From: Nitrososphaerota archaeon | GTDB taxonomy: Archaea; Thermoproteota; Nitrososphaeria; Nitrososphaerales; Nitrosopumilaceae | Assembly: GCA_028867615.1 (NCBI GenBank) | Contig: JAGWGC010000001.1 | Location: 3,188 to 66,346, forward strand | Direction: 5' to 3' | Length of the DNA stretch: 63,159 nucleotides | Shown here: one piece after another, positions 10,686-21,438 of the stretch | Numbering within the stretch: position 1 is the stretch's first letter | Layout: each line of letters starts with the position of its first letter | Position numbers and translations under genes: made by a program | The notes under the pieces: model-generated | The model's input: only the letters and a program-made list of their open reading frames with translations | Told to the model about the DNA's origin: nothing | Databases searched by the model: none

Positions 10686-11837
10686 TTACTTCTTTTCTTC
10701 GTCAAACTTGTCTGCCCAGTGCTTTCTTTCTTCGTACTGGTATGTTGGCGGTGGACTTGTGTCAACTCCTCTCTTTGCTGCATCTTTTACCTTCTTGTTA
10801 CTCCATATGAAAATTCCCACTGCTATTACTGCCGCAAATCCGGCCATTGCATAAATTGTCATGGTTGATAGGCCCTGAGCTGTGGTGGTACCTGTGTTTG
10901 AGGATGCACCGACGGTTGTTGAAATTGCTGGATCACCCTGGACCTCTAATCCGTTTGCATGTCCGTCTACATCAAGTGTGCCAGAGCCTGCTCTTTCAAC
11001 CATTGACAGGTGATACTTGGCATCTGTCGTAAAATCTACATCTGTATTGACTGTCTTCAATGATCCTTGGTATAGATCGCTTTGTCCATATGCAAATGAG
11101 GTGACTGCTACCTTTTGTCCTTTGTATCCTAGACCTACTGCATCACTAAGAGTATATGCTGGGTCGAAAAGGGAATTCCATTTTTCGATTGGGTAACCTA
11201 CTAGGGCACTTGCATCTAGCAAGTTTACGCTCAGAGGAGCTTCTGCAGCAGTTCCCTTCAATACGTTATATACATCTGGTAATTGACTCTTGATTATACC
11301 TATTGGCGAGTTGATGTCCACGTCTCCAAGGTTTCCAGCTGAGATGACTGCTGGACCTGTCATGCTGAATCCCATCCATGATACATCAAATACTGTTGGA
11401 GTGTCTCCATTACTCTTGTATAACATGTATCCTGTTATCGTTGGAGTTAATACTATCTTGTAATCAATGGTGGCGCCCTGGCTGTCACCATTTACTTGAA
11501 CTTGATAATCTACTTGTAAATCTGAAAATGTTGCTGTTGTCTTTCTCTGTGTTGCAAGTAATGTGTTTAGTGATTCCATGAGTGTTTTGATACTTGTATT
11601 GTTACCCGAGTTGCCCGAGTATGAATATGTCACATTCTTGCCGTTTAAAAGATCTTTTAGTTTTCCGCCGTTTGAATAATCAATTGCAACATTCTTTGTA
11701 AACTTGAATTGTGGTGTGATTGGATTTCCGGAAATTGGCAAGTATGCATTGAAATCAACTGTTGCAAGGACTGGAGAAACTGTTCCTATGACTAGTAAAC
11801 TTAAGACGGCTGATGCTAAAAGGAGTCTCTTAGTCAC
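10686..11837 (-). CDS. Secreted/cell-surface protein with C-terminal membrane anchor
   Basis: N-terminal signal peptide, C-terminal TM helix and charged tail. Confidence 0.8.
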   Translation of the reverse strand: MTKRLLLASAVLSLLVIGTVSPVLATVDFNAYLPISGNPITPQFKFTKNVAIDYSNGGKLKDLLNGKNVTYSYSGNSGNNTSIKTLMESLNTLLATQRKTTATFSDLQVDYQVQVNGDSQGATIDYKIVLTPTITGYMLYKSNGDTPTVFDVSWMGFSMTGPAVISAGNLGDVDINSPIGIIKSQLPDVYNVLKGTAAEAPLSVNLLDASALVGYPIEKWNSLFDPAYTLSDAVGLGYKGQKVAVTSFAYGQSDLYQGSLKTVNTDVDFTTDAKYHLSMVERAGSGTLDVDGHANGLEVQGDPAISTTVGASSNTGTTTAQGLSTMTIYAMAGFAAVIAVGIFIWSNKKVKDAAKRGVDTSPPPTYQYEERKHWADKFDEEKK

Positions 11838-11878
11838 GAATCACAATTTTCCTTGAGATAGTAATAAATCTTAGCATT

Positions 11879-11896
11879 AATTTCGAAGTTGATAAT
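11879..11896. promoter_or_regulatory. Degenerate palindromic motif copy (AATTTCG-aagt-TGATAAT)
   Basis: One perfect half-site; minus-strand TATA-like TTTATTAC about 11 nt away toward the 11837 start. Confidence 0.4.
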
Positions 11897-11968
11897 TTTC
11901 ATATCATGCATTGGCAAGAGTAATATTTAGTTGGTGTTAGTTATTAATTTCACGGGGCAAATAGGAAA

Positions 11969-12889
11969 ATGATTACAATTCTTGCAGGTGGGACAGGTTC
12001 TGTCAAACTAGTACGCGGTATGGCAACTCAAACTCGAGATATTTCTGTAATATCAAATGTTGGTGACAATTATTGGTTGTACGGATTGTACATCTGTCCA
12101 GACATTGATACTATTCTATATGGACTTGCAGATGTCTTGGACACTGACAAGGGGTGGGGAATAAAAAAAGATACTTATGGATTTTTACGCCAGATGGAGA
12201 TGCTGGGAGAAGAGACTTGGTTTAACATCGGTGACAGGGATGCCGCAATCCACCTCTTGAGGACAAACATGCTTAAGAATGGAAAAAACCTGTCTGATAT
12301 CACCGAATGGATGTGCCAGAAATTTGCAATTGATACGAAAATTATACCAGTTACTGATAACAGCGTAGAGACAAGAATTGTAACCACCAAGGGAGATCTT
12401 CATCTTCAGGAATACTGGGTAAAGTACAAGGGACAAGACAAGGTTGACGGGATAAAATATGTCGGTGCAGACAAGGCACGTGCAAATCCTGCAGCAGTAA
12501 ATGCAATACATGATGCCAAGTTGGTGATAATTGCACCTGGGAATCCTCTTACTAGCATTGGACCAATCCTATCCATCAAGGGAATACGAAAAGAATTGTC
12601 CAAGTCAAAGAAAAAAGTTGTAGTTGTAAGTCCACTAATTGGAAACGCTGCAATCAGCGGACCTGCAACAAAATACATGGAAGCTGCTGGAATGGAAGTC
12701 TCTGTTTACGGCCTTGCAAAAATGTATTCTGAAGTCGCATCACACATGGTAATTGATTCTTCGGATAGATTGCTAACAAGAAAGATTGAAAATTTGGACA
12801 TGAAAGTTTACGAAACCAAGATAAGGATGAAAGATAAAAAGGACGAAGAAGCATTGGCGTCTTTTATTATGAAACAAGTACATGTCTAA
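11969..12889 (+). CDS. cofD: 2-phospho-L-lactate transferase (F420 biosynthesis)
   Basis: LAGGTGSVKL, NVGD, ICPDIDT, WFNIGDRD and PGNPLTSIGPI motifs. Confidence 0.95.
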   Translation: MITILAGGTGSVKLVRGMATQTRDISVISNVGDNYWLYGLYICPDIDTILYGLADVLDTDKGWGIKKDTYGFLRQMEMLGEETWFNIGDRDAAIHLLRTNMLKNGKNLSDITEWMCQKFAIDTKIIPVTDNSVETRIVTTKGDLHLQEYWVKYKGQDKVDGIKYVGADKARANPAAVNAIHDAKLVIIAPGNPLTSIGPILSIKGIRKELSKSKKKVVVVSPLIGNAAISGPATKYMEAAGMEVSVYGLAKMYSEVASHMVIDSSDRLLTRKIENLDMKVYETKIRMKDKKDEEALASFIMKQVHV

Positions 12890-13520
12890 CTCGCGCATTG
12901 GCGCAATAATTCCTGTAAAAACTTTTTCAAGAGCTAAGACACGTCTTGGATTATCACCTGAAAAAACTGAGCAAATTTGTAAGTTGATGCTTGAATCTGT
13001 CTTGGATTCTGTAACAAAGTCTGATGTTATAAAAAAAACAGTTCTTGTAAGCAAGGATGAGGATGCTCTTGGTATTGGAAAAAAATTTGGGACCATTGGA
13101 ATCTATGACGAGTCTGAGCAAGGAGTAAACAGTGCGGTATTGCTTGCAGACAACTATTTTACAAAAGAAGGATTTGAGGGAACAATAGTATTTCCACAAG
13201 ACATTCCACTGATCCAGTCTGGTGATATTCGCACGCTATTCCAGATGAGAACATCTGACAGGTGTGTGCTTGTGGTACCGTCAAGAAAATTTGATGGGAC
13301 AAATGCCCTGTTTCGAACTCCACCATGTGTTATGGAGACTCATTATGATGAGGACAGCTACAAGATCCATCTCAGTACTGCGGAAAAACGAAATGCAAAC
13401 TCTTCGCTTGTGCTGATTCGAAGGATAATGCTTGACATTGACGACCAATCTGACCTGAATTTCATACTATCGTTTTCTGACACTGCCATTGCAAACTCGC
13501 TCAAAAAAGTTCTTGGCTGA
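12882..13520 (+). CDS. cofC: 2-phospho-L-lactate guanylyltransferase
   Basis: IIPVK...AKTRL, DIPL, GTNAL and DIDD motifs; adjacent to cofD. Confidence 0.93.
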   Translation: MSNSRIGAIIPVKTFSRAKTRLGLSPEKTEQICKLMLESVLDSVTKSDVIKKTVLVSKDEDALGIGKKFGTIGIYDESEQGVNSAVLLADNYFTKEGFEGTIVFPQDIPLIQSGDIRTLFQMRTSDRCVLVVPSRKFDGTNALFRTPPCVMETHYDEDSYKIHLSTAEKRNANSSLVLIRRIMLDIDDQSDLNFILSFSDTAIANSLKKVLG

Positions 13521-13521
13521 C

Positions 13522-14529
13522 TTATGGACTCTGGCTTGTTTCAAGCTTTCTTGTTTCGATGTGTTCCAAGATCTTGATTGCTATTGCAAATGCTCCTGTG
13601 GCAACAAGTATTACCTCTAGGGTGTCTGAAAATGGATTTGATGAGTCGTTTATTGCCGAACTCTGGCTAAGGTCTGAGAGGAAGAACAGGTATGAAAACA
13701 AGAAATAGTTTGTAGCCCAGTGGACAAGAATTGCAGGTGCAAGACCATATCTTACATAGACCCAACCAATTATTATCCCTGCCATTGCAGCTTGCGTTAC
13801 TTTTCCTGGGCTCCACGGTGTATCTGAAATGATGTGAGCTACACCGAAAAGCAACCCGATTGTTATGATAAGTGTCATTGGTTTTTTGTAATCTGAAATT
13901 GAAAGATACTTTGACGGTCTCCACAACGACTTGATAAATGTCTTCCATGATGCACTGTGTGAATACATCAAAAACAATGGCACGCCAATTAGGATAATCC
14001 TGAATCCTGCTTCTTCTGTCAGTGGAGACATGCCAATCTGAAAGAACCGTATCAAGTCATTGCTAGAAGTGGGAAGTTCCATCTTCACCCCAAAGCTTTG
14101 CTGTACAGCATCAATTATTACAGAAAATAAGATCAGGATTGAAAACCATGCCATCATGTTTATCATGGCGTTTCCATGAAATCGTTTTACTTCTCTTGAC
14201 ATCATGTTCGAGAGGGTTTTGAGAAGCGAATCCTTCGGACCAAAATATGATATTGTAAATAAAATGAGAAATATCGTCCATGCTATGATGAATGCATCAC
14301 CCATCTCAAAAGAGACTGGAATCTTGTAACCGATCCCACCTAAAAACATGTCAAACCCATTGATGGGATATTGGTAGTTGATCTCTTTTCCAACATTTGA
14401 GTTGTACATGACATAAAGTCCGATTGGGAATGACAGTATCATCACTCCAAATATTACAGATAATAATCCTGAATATGGAATGAGAAGAGCTTTTATGATT
14501 TTATTTAAATTTTCTAGACTTGATATCAA
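13522..14529 (-). CDS. CPBP (CAAX/Abi) intramembrane metalloprotease
   Basis: EEAGFR, FGVAH and HWATN motifs. Confidence 0.88.
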   Translation of the reverse strand: MISSLENLNKIIKALLIPYSGLLSVIFGVMILSFPIGLYVMYNSNVGKEINYQYPINGFDMFLGGIGYKIPVSFEMGDAFIIAWTIFLILFTISYFGPKDSLLKTLSNMMSREVKRFHGNAMINMMAWFSILILFSVIIDAVQQSFGVKMELPTSSNDLIRFFQIGMSPLTEEAGFRIILIGVPLFLMYSHSASWKTFIKSLWRPSKYLSISDYKKPMTLIITIGLLFGVAHIISDTPWSPGKVTQAAMAGIIIGWVYVRYGLAPAILVHWATNYFLFSYLFFLSDLSQSSAINDSSNPFSDTLEVILVATGAFAIAIKILEHIETRKLETSQSP

Positions 14530-14834
14530 TGGACTTCGATACTTGCTTCTGGAAATCCAAGCTTAACAAGCGTTGCCTTGATAGTATCTCTATGATCACC
14601 TTGGAGAAATATGTAACCTTCTTTTACAGTGCCACCGCAAGCATAACGAGCTTTCAACTCTTTTACAACTTTTCCTAAATCATTCATCTTTGGATTTACT
14701 CCTTCAATCATTGTTCCTTTCTTTTTAAAACGTCTTTCTTCAATTCTAACGACAATTTGTGTTTGATCTTTTTCTAGTTCGCCACAGGCGCATAAATCAT
14801 TAGGAAGTCCGCAAGTGTTGCAGATTACCGCCAT
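14526..14834 (-). CDS. Translation initiation factor SUI1 (aIF1)
   Basis: CGLPNDLC, LK...ACGGTVK and LQGDHR motifs. Confidence 0.95.
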   Translation of the reverse strand: MAVICNTCGLPNDLCACGELEKDQTQIVVRIEERRFKKKGTMIEGVNPKMNDLGKVVKELKARYACGGTVKEGYIFLQGDHRDTIKATLVKLGFPEASIEVH

Positions 14835-14914
14835 TCGAAATAAAAAGTCGAGATCCTACTATTAAGCCTTGTTTATCCCTTATGTTTTTTTATTTGATTG
14901 TATCCATTATCTTT

Positions 14915-15244
14915 ATGTCAAAAGATCTAACAAAGAAAGCAGTTGAGCTCTTGCTAAGCGGGGCCACATTGATAGGCGATCCTTGTCCCTACTGCAAGGG
15001 CGTACGAGTGATGAAAAACGGTAGCGCACTGTGTATCAACTGTGGCAGACAAGTGATTGAGGAGGCTGAAGATATTATAACAAAAACAGAAAAAACTGAC
15101 AACTCTTCCATTGAGAACTTGGATCAAAAACTATTGGATCTAACGGTAGAACTTGCAAAGGAAAAAGATCTTGGTAAGCAAAAACAAATCTTGGAAACCA
15201 TGACCGCGATAATTTCAATAAAGGAAAAACTCGGGGCTCACTAG
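14915..15244 (+). CDS. Autoantigen p27/SSSCA1 (UPF0148) zinc-ribbon protein
   Basis: ELLLSGATL...CPYC...CINC. Confidence 0.85.
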   Translation: MSKDLTKKAVELLLSGATLIGDPCPYCKGVRVMKNGSALCINCGRQVIEEAEDIITKTEKTDNSSIENLDQKLLDLTVELAKEKDLGKQKQILETMTAIISIKEKLGAH

Positions 15245-15288
15245 GCACAAAAAGGTATTTATTTAAAGATCCTTAAAGCAGCACTAGT

Positions 15289-15453
15289 ATGAGCAGCAAA
15301 AAATCTGCACCACTGCCAGCATCAAGCGCAGGACTGCTAAGATTCTTCGAGGATGAGACTAAGGGATACAAGTTAAAACCAGAGGTGGTAGTAGCAATAC
15401 CGGCATCTTTGATTGGAATTTCGTGGATTCTGAAGTTCTTCTTCTCGCCATGA
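15289..15453 (+). CDS. Preprotein translocase subunit Sec61beta (54 aa, absent from ORF track)
   Basis: Translated by hand: MSSKKSAPLPASSAGLLRFFEDETKGYKLKPEVVVAIPASLIGISWILKFFFSP; AGLLRFF plus single TM signature. Confidence 0.92.
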   Translation: MSSKKSAPLPASSAGLLRFFEDETKGYKLKPEVVVAIPASLIGISWILKFFFSP

Positions 15454-17189
15454 CGGAAAGTTCGAATGACGTATCCCGTATTCACAAGCGGTATACGCTA
15501 ACAACATTTACTCCTACATCACACTATGTATCCCTTGCAATATCTATTGCAGTTGTATGTGTGATAGCTGCAGTATCTTACATTGATTACTTCAAGTCAA
15601 CTGATAACTTGTTTATTGCACTTCCAATCACGGTTGCAGTACTTGTGGTAACCCAGTTTATTGACCCTAAAATTCTCAAGACAGAATATTCAAAGTCAAT
15701 CCACATGTCTGCATTTGGAAATCTATTGTGGCTTGTGACAATTCTTTGTGGAATTCTTGCTGCCTATGTATTTTCAAAACCATCACTTCTCCCAGTCTAC
15801 ATCACAGAAGGAATGCTATTGCACGCAAGTTTTCGTATTGCAATATTTACATCTGTGCTTGGGACCAAACTCACTACCGCATGGATAATCTGCCTTCTCC
15901 AACCACTTGCAGTTTTTCTTGCATTTGTGCCAACCAATCTCTGGGTTCCGATGCTGTCTGACCCAAAAGCAATTGAATATGGCGTTGTCTTTTGTGTGCT
16001 TGGGAGCATCTGGACTTTGCTAAGTGACAGGATTGCAGGAAGCGGAAAGCTATCCAGCACTCATGCATTTTTGCAAGCATATCTTGCCGCATGGACAAAC
16101 GATGACCCCGTGCCAATGGAATCCTTGATGGAAAAGCGCTCAGAACCATCAAAGGTATCAACATTTCAAATTTTATTCAAAACATCTGACAAAAACTGCA
16201 GGCTTGTAATTCCTGACTTGCATCCTGGACCATTTCATCCAATAGGTGGAAGTAACATTCCGTATCTTATCTACAAAAATCTTGACTCGTCTGCAATGGT
16301 GATGCATAGTATCTCTGATCATGCTCTTAACCTGCCATCAAAATCTCAAGTTGACCTGTACATTACGAGCCTTCACCAAAACTCAAAGATTAGGGAAGGG
16401 TCGATGTGTACAAAACCTGTGACAATCCAGGTCAATAAAGCGCGAACAACCGGGCTTTTGTTTGACAAGACAGCAGTATTGATACTTTCATTATCGCCGT
16501 ATGGAATGGAAGACATTCCATATCACATCAAGTCTGATTTGGAGCAGTATGGCATGAATCGTGGATATGAACGGGTGTTGATTGTTGACAGTCACAATGC
16601 AATGGGTAAAGAGATCGAGAAACTTGATGCAGACGATCTTCTAACTGCTGCAAAATCAACACTTGATACATTGATTACAAAAGAGACACTTCCACTAGAG
16701 GTTGGGTATGCAAATTCTGAAAACCTGCATTTTCAGGCAGATGATCTTGGACCTGGAAAAGTTGCAATGATGTGCTTTAAGATTGGAGGTGAGAATTTCT
16801 TTCTTGCATGGGCTGATGCAAATAATATGCTAAATGGGTTGCGTGAAGAGATTGCAAACCATTTTTCAAAGAATGGGTATAACTTTCTTGAGATATGTAC
16901 ATCTGATACACATTACAAGGCACGAACAGCAAAGAACAAGCATGGATACTTTGAGTTTGGTAGCCTCTCTAAAGCACCTGATGTAATATCCTGGTTTTCT
17001 GATCTTGCTAAAAAGGCGGAACATGCTGCAAGACCTACATCATACGAGTTACTAAAAAGCGAAACTCAGGTCAAAGTCATGGGAGGAAATCAACTTGAGC
17101 TTTATTCAAAATCACTTGACAATGCAATGCGAATCACACAGGCGTTTCTCTTGATAACTACTGGGTTTTTCATCTATACGATGCTCTAG
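15450..17189 (+). CDS. DUF2070 family membrane protein
   Basis: N-terminal TMs; HPGPF..IGGS, VDSHN, DANN and TSDTH motifs; ATGA overlap with Sec61beta. Confidence 0.88.
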   Translation: MTESSNDVSRIHKRYTLTTFTPTSHYVSLAISIAVVCVIAAVSYIDYFKSTDNLFIALPITVAVLVVTQFIDPKILKTEYSKSIHMSAFGNLLWLVTILCGILAAYVFSKPSLLPVYITEGMLLHASFRIAIFTSVLGTKLTTAWIICLLQPLAVFLAFVPTNLWVPMLSDPKAIEYGVVFCVLGSIWTLLSDRIAGSGKLSSTHAFLQAYLAAWTNDDPVPMESLMEKRSEPSKVSTFQILFKTSDKNCRLVIPDLHPGPFHPIGGSNIPYLIYKNLDSSAMVMHSISDHALNLPSKSQVDLYITSLHQNSKIREGSMCTKPVTIQVNKARTTGLLFDKTAVLILSLSPYGMEDIPYHIKSDLEQYGMNRGYERVLIVDSHNAMGKEIEKLDADDLLTAAKSTLDTLITKETLPLEVGYANSENLHFQADDLGPGKVAMMCFKIGGENFFLAWADANNMLNGLREEIANHFSKNGYNFLEICTSDTHYKARTAKNKHGYFEFGSLSKAPDVISWFSDLAKKAEHAARPTSYELLKSETQVKVMGGNQLELYSKSLDNAMRITQAFLLITTGFFIYTML

Positions 17190-17809
17190 TCCTGCATTGC
17201 TTCTAGATTTACATAAAACTCGTCGCAAAATGAATCTAGCTGGTGGATTGGAATTATTGGCACCTTGTCGATAAACTGGACACTGTGCTGATATAGTGTT
17301 ACTATTGCAGGGATTGCTCCTCTGACCTTGTGCTTTGAGATAAACTGCTTGGTCCTGATAATTTGCTTTTTCACTGCCTCTGAAAGTGCTGACTGGGTCA
17401 TATTGTTCCAGTGTTTGCAGTCAATCAGTATTGCAATCTCTGACTTGATTCCAACCACGTCAATCTGAATGCGGGGGTTTTTCATGATGACATTTTTTGT
17501 TGTATCAAAGTCTCGCTTTTCAAGAACCTCTGCTGCAAGCGACTCAAAGTCTTGCCACTCTAGCATGCGTGATATCTCATCAATCGGCGCACCCATGCTT
17601 ATCGCAATTACGCTTGTCTTTAACTTGTCAGAGTCTTCAAACTGGATTTGGCCATCTTCAAATCTTCCAATGCCGTTTTGCATCAGGTTGTCTAGTATCT
17701 CTTTTGCAAGATCTTCGCTTGTCTGGGTTGCCATGCTGAAATCCTTGACAGACAATCCGCCTGGAATTATTCCAGGTATTCCTTTTACCAAAGTTACAAG
17801 ATTCAACAT
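17186..17809 (-). CDS. Mrr-like restriction endonuclease-fold protein
   Basis: WQDFE...QIDVVG...IDCKHW, a PD-(D/E)xK pattern. Confidence 0.8.
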   Translation of the reverse strand: MLNLVTLVKGIPGIIPGGLSVKDFSMATQTSEDLAKEILDNLMQNGIGRFEDGQIQFEDSDKLKTSVIAISMGAPIDEISRMLEWQDFESLAAEVLEKRDFDTTKNVIMKNPRIQIDVVGIKSEIAILIDCKHWNNMTQSALSEAVKKQIIRTKQFISKHKVRGAIPAIVTLYQHSVQFIDKVPIIPIHQLDSFCDEFYVNLEAMQD

Positions 17810-17925
17810 CTGTGAGTTTTATATTTCTCAAATAAAATACTTGCCACTTTGTTTAAGATTTGAAAATTTTTTTATGATGCTACACATTGGACCACGGTTA
17901 AATACAGTTCATTGAAAAACATATC

Positions 17926-20385
17926 ATGAAGCTCATGCTAGTCCTGATGCTAGCACTTTTTGTTTTGGGACCTACAATTGCATTTGGGGTAAAAGGCACA
18001 AATTTTGACCGGGTGCAGTTTGTCCAATACTCTGATGACAATACTGCAGTACAAGAAGTTGAAGATGGACACCTTGACATGTACTATTCAGCAATACCTA
18101 TTGACAGGCTTGATGACCAGTCAAGACAACACCTGCAGGTATTCCAGTCTTCTGGGACAAGCTACAGTCTTTTGATAAACCCGGCAGTATCTGTGGTACA
18201 GTTTAACCCATTTTCAATCCAACAAGTAAGATTTGCACTAAATTATTTGGTAGACAGGGATCTCATTGTAGATGAAATACTTGATGGATATGGGGTTACC
18301 ATGGTATCTGCATACAAGCCATACGACCCTGATTATCTTCTCATACTTGGAGATCTCCAGTCATTTAACTTCAAGCACAATCCGGTACTTGCAGATTCTA
18401 TGATGACGGGTGCACTGGAAAAAGCAGGAGCGAAAAAGACTGGTGGACTCTGGTATTATGGTTCTAAACAGATAATGATTTCCATTTTTATAAGAAATGA
18501 TGACCCTGTAAGAAAATCAATTGGAGAAATTCTTGCATCACAATTGCAGGGCATGGGATTTGCTGTGAAAAAAGACTATGGTGACCTGACCAAGGCATTT
18601 TCAACTGTGTATGGTTCCAATCCATCTGATCTGAAATGGAATATCTATACAGAAGGGTGGACAATGGGTGGCTTTGTAAGGTATGACTCTGCAATTACTG
18701 CACAAATGTACTCTCCGTGGTACTCGAACATGCCGGGGTTTAACAATCCGTCATACTGGAATTTCCAGGACCCGCAAGTGGATTCTCTGTCAAAGGCAAT
18801 ATTTTTTGGAAACTTTACATCGTCTGAGCAACGTGCCACTCTGATAAACCAAGCAGTTAACAGGGGGATAGATGATTCCGTTAGAATATTTCTTGCATGC
18901 AAAACTGACCAGTTTATTGCAAGCAAAAAAATCAATGGCATCATCAATGATTTTGGTGCAGGAATCACAAGCAGGTTTACGCCAATCAATGCAAGGTCAG
19001 ATTCTGACACGCTAACAATAGGTGTGAAAAACATCTATCAGGGTGCGTGGAACCCAATATCTGGATTTGCAGATTCTGCTAGCCAGCAAATATGGGGGAC
19101 AGTTTCTGATCCTGGAAGTTTCAAAAATCCTTTCACTGGATACACAATTCCGGTACGGTCTGACTGGAAGGTTGATGCCAAAGGACCTCTTGACAAACTT
19201 GATGTCCCATCTGATGCGATAAGATGGGATGTCTCAGAGCAAAAGTGGGTTCATGTGGGACCTGGTGCCAAGGCAACAAGCAAAGTTACGTTTCATCTCA
19301 AGTTTGGAAACTGGCATGATCATACTCCAATGGACATGAATGATGTTTTGTATGGAATTTATTTTCTGTACCAGTGGGGTACCGATCAGACAAATGGTAC
19401 AATGACCTTTGATTCAGAATACTCGCCCAAGGCAAGCCAGGCTGCCAAGACACTCATAGGAGTACGAGTAGTTAATGGTAATACAATAGAGGTGTACCAA
19501 AATTACTGGCACTTTGATTCAGGCGAGATTGCAGATTCTGCACAAGTTTGGCCCGCAATGCCATGGGAGATGATCTACTCTATGGAAAAGGCAGTAACTG
19601 ATGGAAAACTTGCGTTTTCAAGATCAGATGCCGTGAGCAAAAACATTGACTGGATGTCATTGATAATCCCAAACGATGCCAAGATAATAAAGGCAAATCT
19701 TGATGAGTTTGCAAAAGAGAACTCTGTCCCACCTGCGCTTGCCTTTGTAAATGATTCAAAATATTTCAAGTCTAGGTATAACGCATCGTCATCATGGATT
19801 GCAGAACACGGGCATGCTGTGATAAGTAATGGCCCATACTATCTTGACAACTATGCCCCTGATGCAAGAACGATTACTATCAAGGCGTTTGATGATCCGA
19901 CGTATCCGTTTGCTGCAGGCTATTGGAAAAAGTTTGAACAGGTAAACATGCCACAGATACTTGACATAAATGTGCCAGCAAGTGTATCTATTGGCTCGAC
20001 ACTTGTGATTCCTGTATCTGTCACTCCAAATGCCACTGTGTACTATTACTTTACAAATCCTCAGGGAAAGATAATTGATGAAGGAAACATGATGTCACAG
20101 AACGGCACTGCAAAGATAACACTATTGCCTGAAAAGACTGCCACTCTTGAGCTAGGCTCAAATGATCTGCAAGTATTTGTTGTCTCTGATGAGGCATACA
20201 AGCCAGACATGTATCGCACTAGCTTTCTTGTAACAAAATATGCGACACCGCTTGCTGTGGATAATCTAATACCCAGTACTGCACCGCTTACAGATGACAA
20301 TGGTTATCTATTTTTTGGAATAATATCTGCAGGAGTTGTAGTTGCAGTGATACTCTATGTTGTAAAAAAGAGGCAAGCATCATAG
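17926..20385 (+). CDS. Peptide/nickel ABC transporter substrate-binding protein (family 5)
   Basis: Signal peptide; NPF...VRFALNYLVDR and SNGPY motifs; C-terminal TM anchor. Confidence 0.88.
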   Translation: MKLMLVLMLALFVLGPTIAFGVKGTNFDRVQFVQYSDDNTAVQEVEDGHLDMYYSAIPIDRLDDQSRQHLQVFQSSGTSYSLLINPAVSVVQFNPFSIQQVRFALNYLVDRDLIVDEILDGYGVTMVSAYKPYDPDYLLILGDLQSFNFKHNPVLADSMMTGALEKAGAKKTGGLWYYGSKQIMISIFIRNDDPVRKSIGEILASQLQGMGFAVKKDYGDLTKAFSTVYGSNPSDLKWNIYTEGWTMGGFVRYDSAITAQMYSPWYSNMPGFNNPSYWNFQDPQVDSLSKAIFFGNFTSSEQRATLINQAVNRGIDDSVRIFLACKTDQFIASKKINGIINDFGAGITSRFTPINARSDSDTLTIGVKNIYQGAWNPISGFADSASQQIWGTVSDPGSFKNPFTGYTIPVRSDWKVDAKGPLDKLDVPSDAIRWDVSEQKWVHVGPGAKATSKVTFHLKFGNWHDHTPMDMNDVLYGIYFLYQWGTDQTNGTMTFDSEYSPKASQAAKTLIGVRVVNGNTIEVYQNYWHFDSGEIADSAQVWPAMPWEMIYSMEKAVTDGKLAFSRSDAVSKNIDWMSLIIPNDAKIIKANLDEFAKENSVPPALAFVNDSKYFKSRYNASSSWIAEHGHAVISNGPYYLDNYAPDARTITIKAFDDPTYPFAAGYWKKFEQVNMPQILDINVPASVSIGSTLVIPVSVTPNATVYYYFTNPQGKIIDEGNMMSQNGTAKITLLPEKTATLELGSNDLQVFVVSDEAYKPDMYRTSFLVTKYATPLAVDNLIPSTAPLTDDNGYLFFGIISAGVVVAVILYVVKKRQAS

Positions 20386-21438
20386 ATGGGATTTAAAAAA
20401 TTCCTTGTCAAACGCGCAATCACCATGTTTGGTGTATTGATGGCAACACTGCTTCTTACGATAATTCTTGTTGGCTCTAACATGGATTCAATATCAAAGC
20501 AAAGTGCTGCACTAGACATACGGCAACAAGTGACAAACAACAAGAGCCTTCTTTCAAGTTTTAAAACAACAGAGCAACTTGACTCGTATATTGACAATCA
20601 AGTAAAGATGCGAATCACTGCACTTGGACTTGACCAGCCTTGGTACTCGCCACAAAGAATTGGATTGTCGATGTACAAAATTTTGACACTAGACTTTGGC
20701 CATGCCAAGTTTCTTACAAGTGACAGTGGCTCGTCTGATGTTCGGGACATAATACTTGAGAAACTTCCAAGGACAATTCTTCTTTTTACAACGGCCACTG
20801 CCATTGTATCAGTCCTTGGAATATTTCTCGGAGCAGTATCTGCAAGCAAGGTCAACTCGAAAATTGACAAGATAACATCGGGGTTTGCAATAATATCTAG
20901 CAGCTTTCCTGTCTGGTGGATTGGAGTATTGATGATCTTTGTCTTTGCATTTCTCTATCCTGTATTTCCTGCAAGAGCAACTCCTGATGTTCCTGCGTCA
21001 GACCCGGGATACTTGGGCTCGCTCCTGTATCACATGGCGCTTCCATTGATAACACTTGTAATGATCGGCTTTGGCTCTTGGGCATATCTGGTGAGAAATT
21101 TCTTGGTGGGTGTGCTCCAGGAAGATTTTATCACGGCAAAAAGGGCTGAGGGTATTGATGAAAAACACATACTGTTCTCGCATGCACTAAAAAACGCTGC
21201 TCCCCCAATTGTTACAATACTTGCACTTAGCTTGTCCGGTTCCCTTGGTGGTGCAATAATAACAGAAGCAGTCTTTGACTGGCCTGGAATGGGCAGGTTG
21301 TACTTTGAGGCGATAAGCGTTCTTGACTTGCCAGTGATAATTGGAGCAACCTATGTACTAACTGCATTCTTTCTTGTTAGTGTCTTTGTAGCTGATGTCT
21401 TGTATGGATACTTTGATCCAAGGGTGCGAAGACAGTGA
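20386..21438 (+). CDS. Peptide ABC transporter permease (DppB/OppB type)
   Basis: FITAKRAEG...HALKNA, EAVFDWPGMG and DPRVR motifs. Confidence 0.92.
   Translation: MGFKKFLVKRAITMFGVLMATLLLTIILVGSNMDSISKQSAALDIRQQVTNNKSLLSSFKTTEQLDSYIDNQVKMRITALGLDQPWYSPQRIGLSMYKILTLDFGHAKFLTSDSGSSDVRDIILEKLPRTILLFTTATAIVSVLGIFLGAVSASKVNSKIDKITSGFAIISSSFPVWWIGVLMIFVFAFLYPVFPARATPDVPASDPGYLGSLLYHMALPLITLVMIGFGSWAYLVRNFLVGVLQEDFITAKRAEGIDEKHILFSHALKNAAPPIVTILALSLSGSLGGAIITEAVFDWPGMGRLYFEAISVLDLPVIIGATYVLTAFFLVSVFVADVLYGYFDPRVRRQ

Noticed and set aside
17186-17809. Restriction-modification or defence system
   Set aside because: Single nuclease-fold gene among core genes with no methyltransferase or other defence partner.
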